Assembly (NCBI GenBank): GCA_029953675.1
Contig: JAMWBK010000005.1
Span: 2,356,001 to 2,420,000 of the forward strand
DNA: 64,000 bases
Direction of reading: 5' to 3'
From: Rhodosorus marinus CCMP1338
Lineage: Eukaryota; Plantae; Rhodophyta
A program made the position numbers and the translations under genes. The notes beneath the pieces were generated by a model that saw only the letters and a list, made by a program, of their open reading frames with translations, was not told the origin of the DNA and made no database searches. Positions 54,475 to 64,000 of the stretch are shown here, one piece after another (within the stretch, counting starts at the first letter, position 1; each line of letters begins with the position of its first letter).

Positions 54475-55248
54475 GATTCTGCTGGCAGCCAGTTGAGTTT
54501 GGACTTGTAATTCCGCCTCACAAAGATCTACGAGTTTCCTCCGTGGGAACGGAGAACGCTCAAGCTAACTAAAGTGTTCGCTTCGAGGTATCAATCCGTG
54601 TCCCAGGCACCGACCGCATCACCGGACGTGTCTTTTCTGACCGCGTGCATGTGAACATCTGTCCTTCATATCGTGAGTTTCTTTGGATCAACTCGGGTCT
54701 GGTCCTAATAAAAAAGCTCTAAGAAACTCTCCATTGGAAGCATCTTCACGTTTTGCTCTTCAGTTCTCTCGGTATCCTGGCCAACATCTGCTTAGAAAGG
54801 TCTCGTGGTGGTATGGCATCTTCCTGGAAGCAGATGGTTCCCATCAATGGGATCAGCAACGCACCCATCAGAACCTTACCCCGTGCCCATGCACGTCAAA
54901 CCTAGGAACAAGGATAAAAAACATAGCACAGCTGACCAGGTACATACGGTCGGTTCCAACGTCAGCATAGCTTAGCGTACAGCCGAGACGTGTCTTAACC
55001 TAGATGACCTGGTCACATTCATGTAGCTCCCCAAGTGTTTGCAGCGTGTGAAGGGCTTTGAGGGATCCCATTGTTCGAGCTCATTCTCTAACCAGAGTGG
55101 TCCCTTTGAAGGCTCTTGACTTGGCCGGCGGAGACGGTTTGGCAGAGGAGTGGTTAGTTCTCCAAGGGGAGCAAGGCATAGGATCTAGTTTTGGGACTTC
55201 CATTGAAGGATAGACTTGAGGGAAGTTGATGAAAAAATGAGGCCCTCG

Positions 55249-57322
55249 AATAGTGATGGATCTCCTTTGGAGGGATCAGACAAATTTGATGTTTCGCGGT
55301 ATCCTGAGATGCTGGTTCTTCAGGTCCAGGCGATGGGATTTCCGGCGAAGCTGATTCCCAACCTGCACAATAAGATTTCGGACTCTGTTTTCGATGCTGC
55401 AGAAGGCATGCCATTAGCTCATTTACTTTTGTGTTGATTGAATGCGTTGTCTGACAATTTGCTGCGTCATTCCTCTATCCTTGTGCTGGGTTGCGGTCCA
55501 AACGCCTCTTCCCACAACAAAAACAGGCTTCTCCGTAAACTTTTATCCAGGACAGGGTTTCAAAGTAGAGTCTAAGAAGGCAATGTTTGCGGAATCGGAT
55601 GTGTTTCTCGTCGACCACTCGCTTGAGTACGCAGAGCCAGTAGACTACGACGCTGAGTTTGGCAGCCACCCGGAGCTCATTTCGAGGTTGGCTTCGCTCT
55701 TGTCAGTAATAACCCCGGACATCGAACCACCACAGCTTAGTGGCATCGACTTGAACCACCAGGAGAAGAACCAATCCGACGAACCAGTTGGGTCCTCACC
55801 TCTGATACGCTTGCTCAGAGCTCTCGGCAATCCTCCACTGAACGAAATAGACAGGATGAAAATTGGGAATCTACTGGAGCAGGAAATCACGGACGACTGG
55901 CTCAGTTCGGCTCCAATTGGGAAGCTCTTTCCAAACATTGAAAGGTACGGAACTGCTCCTGCAGCTAGCTACACGGAGTGATCCAGCTCGGAAAGTGCTT
56001 CAAATCAGAATTGCACTGCACGGCTTCGGAAAAGATGATGGCCTTTTCTTAGTCGGCATGAGCCCCTTCGAGATTACGAGTCCCCTTCCAGCAGGGAAAT
56101 CGGTCAATACATGCCCTTATGGAAAGCGGCAGAACTAAATGGTTTATCTCTCTCCACGCACGCGCAGATTACATCTAGAACAGAATCTGATTGAGTCGAA
56201 AGAGACGATCCGTTCACTCTGTCTTGCTCTCCCGAACTTGAAGGCCATTCACTTGACCGGTAATTCGATCTGTTCTCAGCCGAGCTACTCGAACGATATG
56301 AAATCAGTGCTGCCTAAGAGCATCGAAGTCCTTGATGGAAAACTCACTGAAAACTATACGTCCTGGGCCCTTGAGGTGAGAGCGTTACGCCTTTCCTTTC
56401 TAGAGCATTACGCCTTTCCTTTCTAGTCAGTGACGCCGTTTAGAATCAGAGTGATTTTTTCTGAGCAAGCTTACAGTCTCTTCATCCGCTCCAATGATAA
56501 ATGCAAAAGGTCGCAAACGGAAGTGAAACCCCGAGCGTTTTGAGACTTGGGAATGCAGATATGTCGGAGTTGCGTACCAATGCTTTTAAATCTCTAAACC
56601 TTGAGAACCTTCATTGTATCGACCTTCGAGGGAACCCAAGGATGACAGCGGCTTCATGGAGGCCTCTGGCAGACATGGTCAAACAGGCAAACGCCAAGGT
56701 GGAAACAGTTTGGATAGATGACGACAGATTACTCAAGGACTACGCTGCCGTGTTTTCAACTAGTGCAAAAATCAACAATACCCCTCTATGGTGAGCATCA
56801 GGTGATACTCGAATACAGAAGTGTCGTTGTGCTCTATGGATGATTAATGATCAAATGCGATCGAAACGTAGGCTCTGCGAGGAAGGCGTCGCTGTTGAAG
56901 ACCCCCAAGCAAGCGAACTGATCAAGAAGAAGGTGATAGACAAGCTACCAACGACGGCGCTCAAGTATCAGATGGCGAAACCAGATTCTCCCGAAGATCG
57001 AATAACGGTCTCCTACGTGCTTGATGAACTGGGCAGCTATATCGGTCATAGCGCGAGAGCCAAGTAAGTTGTTAATCGCTCCCGGATAAATTGTTCAGCA
57101 TGAGGTTGGGTACAACTTAGCCGGTTGCTAAGCGGACATGATCTTTCATCTCCAAATAGCTTTAGACTGGGAATGATCTTCACCTCGTCTGGGACAATCT
57201 CGATTTTGTGGCCCGTCAAGAACGTTCTCGTAGACGACGCAGTGACACGAGATTACGCAGAGACCATCACTGACCCTGACGACCGAAAGCGACGACTTGA
57301 CGAATTGGGAGTTTCTGACTAA
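55249..57322 (+). CDS. TTLL12-like protein (N-terminal domain + LRR + SET-like) lacking the TTL domain, multi-exon
   Basis: AMGFPAKLIPNLHNKISDSVFDAAEG, DVFLVDH, LRRs (LHLEQNLI, LKAIHLTGNSI, LHCIDLRGNP), YVLDELGSYIGHS, SILWPVKNV...VTRDY, then stop. Confidence 0.72.
56385..56426 (+). repeat. 19-bp direct repeat (ttacgcctttcctttctag x2, 4-nt spacer) in an intron
   Basis: Copies at 56385-56403 and 56408-56426. Confidence 0.9.
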
Positions 57323-57988
57323 CTTTCGAGACGTTTTGGAATGGAGAACACACAAAAACAACTGACTCCCTCAGACAACCAAACTGAGTTGCTTGTCGCA
57401 ACTTAGTTTCTCACTTGCAACTAGTTATGAAGTACTATAGCTTTCATATCTGGGAGGAAAATACACAAACGAACACTGAAGTACTTAACTCCAACATGTG
57501 TTTCTGGTATACATCCCTTGGCTGGGCTGTGTCTGTAGAATTTGAAGACTTCTTGACTACCCGAGCAGCCGACACCGTCATGACTTGACTCGCATATACA
57601 GTCACCCACAAGGACGAGTCTCATTGCCCAAAAACTCCGGCGAGACACATTCCACTTGGCACTTGATATTGCCTTTCCACACCTGACTGGTCTGGAATTC
57701 GAATCCAACAACCGAAACTCCAGTAGGTACAATACTCGATCTTCATAATCATCTGAGGCATCATCATCTTCATTGACGTCATCCTGTGCACCGCATACAA
57801 TCTTTCTTCACCAATCCATCCACGGCGTTACACCTGAGATGAAACTCGGTGAACTTGGTCCTTGACATTGGGTCATCAGGCAACAAGGAAATTGGTATGG
57901 TCTTCGTATTGGGAATAGGTTTGTCCAAAGATGAGATCTACGGATGATTAGAGCTTGTAAGAAGTTTTGGAAAGGGATTTGAGGAAGG

Positions 57989-59148
57989 ATGAGCTTGTTC
58001 CACAGACTTTCAAGTCTTAGGAACATAGGGGTTATGGTCAGGACACCTGAAACTCGAATTGATCGAAGGTGGATGTCGAAGTTAGAATCTCGACGGAGAC
58101 GGGTGAAGGCGTTTCAGTCTCCGCGGAATAAGCCTAAATATATTACGCCATGGCAGAAGGAGCCTCAGATGAAGACTTTCGTCCAGTCGCGAATGTCGAA
58201 CAAGATGCGAGCGCTTCTCGAAAGACAGGTGGGCATTGGATATGCTTCGTGCCGCTCCTCGTTTGATGGCTTTGAACTGACTTGGGAGTTGTCCGTTGCC
58301 GGTCAACTGAATCGATCAGGGAGCGTTGAGCGATAAGCCAGACCCGGCAGATAGTTTTGAAAAAGGCTGGATCATAGCTTCCGCAACCGTACTCACGCGA
58401 GCTATGGTTCTGGAACCAGAGCTTCCGCAAAACATCAGAGAATACAGAGAAAAGAAATTCGCCAAAAAGAACGCTAAGAACAAACCACTTGACAGATCCG
58501 TACTGGAAGAAACTGGTGTACTAGGTAAGAATAGTTTCTCCATCGGGTATGGGGTCCATATGAAAGGATCAGCTCAGCTTTCTGATCTGCTCGTAAACTA
58601 GACACGGACAAGGACGTGTACTTCTACCCTGGAAGTAGGGAGACGGAGGCAGATAGGCGTCGAGATATGAGATCGGTTTGGAGGAAACTGGACAAGAAGC
58701 TGTTCTTCGTTTTCAAGGGGAGAGAAGCAGTGAAGCAGTACCAGTTTCCTCAGAGGGTCACACTTGCTGACGAAACAATGCGTGGAGTGAGTTCCATCTC
58801 TCTACCTAGGAGAACTATCTTTCTCAGCGTACTGAGCGACAGCTTCACACTCATTTTTGTTTACAGTCTGCGAAAAAAGCTCTGAAACTGGTTGCGGGTT
58901 CCTCGATCAAGCTAGCTCACTTCGCCGGACATGCTCCGCTGGCGGTTTACAAGCGAGTATTCAATGAAGAGCAGCAGCGGAAAACCAATGCCTACGGAGC
59001 GAAAGTGTTCTTCTACCCAGCCTACCTCGTCGACGGAGATATCCGAGGGCTGGATCAGGGCTATGATTTCCGCTGGCTCACGAAGGAAGAGCTGCAAAAC
59101 TTCCTCGCGAAGGACTACTTTCAAGCTGTGAAAAACATGCTTGCCTAG
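57989..59148 (+). CDS. MRPL46: Mitochondrial ribosomal protein mL46, multi-exon
   Basis: Arg-rich presequence; IIASATVLTR, SRETEADRRRDMRSVWRKLDKKLFFV, YQFP, GAKVFFY, DFRWLTKEEL. Confidence 0.88.
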
Positions 59149-59833
59149 GATGATCGAAGACTCAGTTGCACCATCGTTTTGGTATCGGATCTGCTGCCAT
59201 GTCTGGTTGTAACAGCCGCACGTACCTGATCCTTCAGGCGTATCTCATACAATATCTCTTATTCGACTTCCAACCCTGCTGGTCGCTTCCCAACTCCATC
59301 CCTGCCCTTCGATCGCGCGAAACGACGCTCATATGATTGGTGTTATATAACATGATTGGTTAACATAGGTAATTCGCACTCAAGTATTGCAAGGCAATTG
59401 GTATTAATTGGATAGTTAAGATTGAATATTTCCAATAAATTAACAGTATATTCATAATCAACCAATTAATGTGCTTAACACCATTTACGACGACAGTTGA
59501 AAAACTAAAAATATTGTTCAACAAACACCCCGCTGTGTAAAAATAAACCAATGATCTAGACTTCTCACTGTAAGATGATTACATATATCTATATTTCACA
59601 AAATATTATATATTTAGTCCAATAGAGATGTAGATTGTTTTATAATGATTGAACTAGTCCCAGCTCATGTCTGGTCGGCAATCTCCGACATTTAAGAAGT
59701 GCTCAGCAGGTGGTGGTTGGCACTAAAATGGGATGGAATGCATGCGGCATTCCGTTCTGTTCTAGGGGAGGTGCATAGGAAAAGGTTCTGAAAGTTTTGT
59801 TTGAAGATAAGCGCCGGTTTTCATTGGAGAAAA

Positions 59834-60546
59834 ATGCGCAACCTTTGCTCCTTCAACTCGCCAATGGATGTCTCCGCTGTGGGGAAGGAGGAGGACTGCC
59901 TGACGGATGTGTTTGGTGAGCTTCCGTTGTACTTATCTGTTGGTGTTTTGGATCATCTTCGGTCGGAAGATATTGTGCGACTGCCTGCGGTCTCCAGAAA
60001 GTGGAGAAATCTGTTCCAGGACCCTTCGAATGATTCCCTATGGATGCATTTGGCGAAAAAAAAGTTTTTACTGACGTCGCGGCGGGAAGAGTGGAAAGGA
60101 ATGAGCTGGGGAGAAATCTATCTGCTTCTGCACAAGCTTCCGTGCCATAATTGTGTGGCTTCGGCGAACCCAATCCACCCCGGATATTACATGATTTCCG
60201 CTCTCCTGACAGATGCGGACGGCCGTTACTACGGGTTTCCTGTATGCTCCAAATGCTTCAAGGGTAAGAAGTGAAACCCATCGACACGATATCGATTGAC
60301 CAACATTGGGAAGACACCGTGAACTCATGCCTTGTTTCTTTTCAACAAATGTCACGCTTAGATCCTAAAAGCGCCTCGATGCCACGCGCTGTCAGCCGCA
60401 AAATTCTGGCCGACCTTCATGGAGAAGCTTTCCTAGAGTCATTGGATGACTCCTCGTCTCTGACAATCATCAGCGTCGATACAACCTGGGAGAAAGCATT
60501 CGAAGCCTATCTTTACAGCGCTTTGTCGGAGGACGTCGCCATCTAA
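59834..60546 (+). CDS. F-box protein with CxxC...CxxC motif, probably 2 exons
   Basis: FGELPLYLSVGVLDHLRSEDIVRLPAVSRKWRNL (F-box), LWMHLAKKKF, CHNC...CSKC. Confidence 0.7.
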
Positions 60547-61542
60547 CCCACCTTGCAAATAGCACACCTAATCCTGAACCGCCCGAAACCAAAACTCTTC
60601 ACTAACTAGATATGCTGGTTATTGCTACAGTATCGCTAAATCAATTTAACTTGCAAACGAAGAGCCGAACTCTTCCATTCCAGTCCAAAAGCCGCTAGGC
60701 TCATCCGCGCAAGAATGCAAGAATGCGGAGCTGCAGACTCTGTTTAGCCGTTAACGATACGTTACGTAAACAAGGAAACGTTTTCAGCACAAAGTTCCAT
60801 GCCACCCCCCCCCCTTCCCCAGTCCGCCGGAGATTGGGGGCATAAATATTCCAAAAAACGATTGAATCCCAATGACTTGGTTGGTTTTATTCAAGGCAGG
60901 GGAAGGGGGAAATGACACCTCTGATCATTGACTCTCTAATTATGGAGCAGTCCTTTCAAGATCTTCGTAAACCAGAAATATGCTTGTTTCTAAGAAAAAA
61001 CCAAAATTTCTAAATTTACGTAAAATAGATAATTTAGCCATGCACGCCTAATCGTAACTGAACAACACAATCTCACCCTGAAATCTACTCATTTCTGTTC
61101 TGTTTTGTTTTTCATATATTTTTGATTAGGAGAGCTAGTTGTTGATGGAAAACGCGAATCTGGTATTGAAGACTTTTGTGGATGGGATGATGGCATGACT
61201 TATAACGCCACATAAAGAGTACGTTAACAGCGGACGCTATTGCTTTGTTCGTTTGTCTTTTTTGGGTTCAGGAGCATTAGACGACTTTTTCCGATTAGTT
61301 TCGAAGAATTGGGGATGACGTGAAACGCCGGGTCTGGAGAAACATAAAAAGGCGGCGTAGTTGTGCTTTGGATTCGTTGGCTTCGCCGTGGAGTGGAGGA
61401 GTTGGTTGGATAAGGGAACAACGAGGAGGGCTAGCTATTTTAGGGTGAGGCAAGTCGTGATTAGCTTTTTTGTGTTATTTGCGAGGGGTTCTGGCCTGAT
61501 TTGGGATTGCTTGATTGAAGTTTCAAGATCAGGTCTCCAAGA

Positions 61543-62621
61543 ATGAAGAGAATGGCCGGGAGGCCTGGGTTCCACTTGCTTTCGTGCTTGGTCCTGGTTC
61601 TGGTCCTCCTTGGATCAGTTTCTGGGGAAGCTGACATCGCCTCCAGATTGAAGGGTATGAAAGCGAGACACAAGGAGCTGAGCGAGAAGCGTCGGAATAC
61701 GGTCGACTCTTTTCGTGGCAAGGAGGTGAATTTTGCTACTGCACAAGACGAAGTCGGAGAAACAGAAGAGCATCTAGTAGAGGAGGAACCTGAAAATGCC
61801 AAGTTGGGCTTTAGAGAGAGTTTGAAAGTTCTACGGGAAGAGTTCAGCTCTGAATTGGCGAAGGGTGGTAACGAGGAGACCCTGTCTGCGATGCAGAACA
61901 TTGCTTTGCGACCAGATTTTGACGCGCCACTCCTAAGCAGCGTCATGGAGGCAAGAATTGAACGTAAAATGTTGAAGATGTTTGAGAATTTTCTGTCATC
62001 GTACGAACCCAAGAAATGCACAGGGTGCAATCAACATGATCCAGAAGAGCCAGAGGCTCCTGAAGAACTGGAAGACGAGGACATCGTGAAAACTACAACA
62101 CGGAAGCTTCGTCGAAAGCTTAAGAACGTTAAGCCTCAAGCGGAACCGGAGGCAGAACCAGAACCAGAGGAAGGAGACAGAATCGCCGTGGCCATTGAGG
62201 CGCGAAGGAAACTCAAGGAGAAAGCTGGGAAGAAGCTGGTGCCTGAAGTGGTGAGAGCGATCGCCAACTAAGCGGCCCTGATCTCGGAGTCTATTTTTTT
62301 CTTATGTTGCTAACAGGAACGTATTTTCTTCACGACCTTGACTTTCACCAGGAATCGGAAAGCGGCATAGACGCCAATGTTGGCGAGACTATAGCGGAGG
62401 CTGTAGAAGAGAACGATACAGATGCAGAGGCTGTTGAAGCAGAGGCCGATGATAATCTTGAGGAGCTGGGTGAACTAGCGAAGGATGCCCTCAACCTCAA
62501 GGATCTAAGCGTCGGGAAGCTCAAGCAGTTGTTCAAAGAGGGAGCGAGCGGCCAGACCCTGGCCTCGGTCAAGAAAAAAATAATCAACAGGTGGAGAGGA
62601 GTGATTGGAGTAGCAAAGTAG
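61543..62621 (+). CDS. Signal-peptide-bearing acidic coiled-coil protein of unknown function, probably 2 exons
   Basis: Hydrophobic N-terminus LLSCLVLVLVLLGSVSG|EA; E/K-rich ORFs 61543-62271 and 62304-62621. Confidence 0.65.
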
Positions 62622-63073
62622 TTGCGCCAGCGGGCCCTTTCATGGACTAGTTTATCAGCTCGCGCTTGCCCGTAAAAAAGGGAAAGGGTTTTGCAGTTCG
62701 GGCGGTCAGATAGCTAAGCGACCCTTGGCACCTTTTTCGGGGGGGGGGGGCGGGAGGAGGATGGCCGCACCTTGCCCTGTGTGTATGAAATCCGCTGAGA
62801 TTAATTCTCCCCACTGTGTGAGTTGCCCTTATCCAAATTTGGTCAGGAGCTTCCTGCCAGTTTGTAGGTATAATAACTCCAACAAAGCTCTCGTACTCGT
62901 CCGAAAGCATATCCGCTTGCCTTTTGAAACTTTGCGAATTGAGCAGCAACGAACGTCCTCTCGTGATCCTCTGCCTCGAGTCGAGAGAATATAATCGTCA
63001 GTGAGGTCTTTGTGCGACAGCCATCACGAGAGTCTCACACAACCAACAGCTTTGAGCATGTTTAGAGCGCATA

Positions 63074-63618
63074 TCAATAAGTACTGTAGATGTCTTCAAT
63101 CCCTTCTCCATGGTATAGACCCAACTCCTTCAGATCGGCCAGAGCTTTTCCTTCTGCTTCATGCATTTTTTCCTCTGAACCCGGGTGGTCATGGTCATGA
63201 CCGGCCAAATGGCAGAGGCTGTGAACCACGACAAGAGGCAGAACATGGGACACCGGAACTCTGTAATGCTCTGCTCGACGAGCAATGTACTGCACACCTA
63301 TTAAGACGTCCCCTAGATCTATTCAAAAATCGACCATAGGTTTCCACATGAGGTTCCTTGTACACAGACTAGATCCGCATCTGCCGAACCATGTGCGTCC
63401 TCACCATACGGAATGTCAGCTCGAAAAGAAAGAGCATCAGTAGGCTTATTGATGCCTCGGTATTCCTTGTTGAATCGTTGAAGAGTCCTGTCGGATGCAA
63501 GCCAGTACCCGACGCAATACTCATTACGGCCTAGCGTCCTCTTCACGGCACCAACCTGCTTGCGAAAAACGTCCAAATCAACGGAAATCTTCCGCTGCGT
63601 GTTTCTTACCTTGATCAT
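63074..63618 (-). CDS. YBEY: Endoribonuclease YbeY, 2 exons
   Basis: FNKEYRGINKPTDALSF, DLGDVLI, VVHSLCHLAGHDH (H3xH5xH zinc motif). Confidence 0.93.
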
Positions 63619-64000
63619 TCGGTCAAAACCACTTGGGTTTTCTCAAACCGTAAAAGACTGGGAGTGTACCCGAACGACATCAATCCAACGTCAATCGCGC
63701 TGAATACCATTCGGAATCGCCAATATTATGGCTTCACCGCCGGAACGGTACGAGTGTGCGAACACGGGGATGGGCGGATAAGTATCCGTCAGCGCTGGGG
63801 TTGCTACCTAGAAACTAAGAAATGTGTCACTATCAGTATCTGTCCACCATCAATCTCGAGTAACTTGGCCAGGAATACTCCATAGCGGCACTGGCGAAGA
63901 GGTCTTTTTCGGCGGAGTGTGAACAATGACAGAGACGGCGGGGATGGATACTCTTCAGGATTGTAGTAGCGGTCGATGAAGAAGGATTGGGGATAGATTC

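Noticed and set aside
63700-64000. Minus-strand frame FFIDRYYNPEEYPSPPSL... at the window edge
   Set aside because: Truncated by the window end with no recognisable motif; cannot be supported.

Overview
Gene-dense eukaryotic nuclear DNA with short spliceosomal introns (mostly about 50-130 nt, GT-AG, CTAAC/CTGAC branch sites). Plastid-targeted proteins have simple Phe-containing transit peptides (MEAFVSG..., MIAFG...) and no signal peptide, which suggests a red alga (inference). About 24 host genes can be supported: RBM8A/Y14, WDR5, a PPR-like protein, taxilin, thylakoid FKBP, a DUF676 esterase, profilin, CLASP, GGPP synthase, an O-fucosyltransferase-family GT, a J-domain protein, a Tudor-domain orphan, BUD23, THOC5, an SMP-C2 protein, two tandem type II membrane paralogs, CWC24, DUF493, YAR1-like, a TTLL12-like protein, mL46, an F-box protein, an acidic secreted orphan and YBEY. 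A 3.4-kb scrambled copia/gypsy LTR-retrotransposon mosaic at about 26.97-30.33 kb contains two nested inverted repeats. Best leads: (1) the tandem paralogs at 46.5-49.2 kb, which look like a divergent sulfotransferase-fold family; (2) a TTLL12-like gene that ends before the TTL domain; (3) the fold-back retroelement locus; (4) probable GC-AG introns, one of them in the spliceosomal factor CWC24. Exon boundaries were read by eye and all family calls rest on motif recognition, not database searches. No tRNA, rRNA or CRISPR was recognised.
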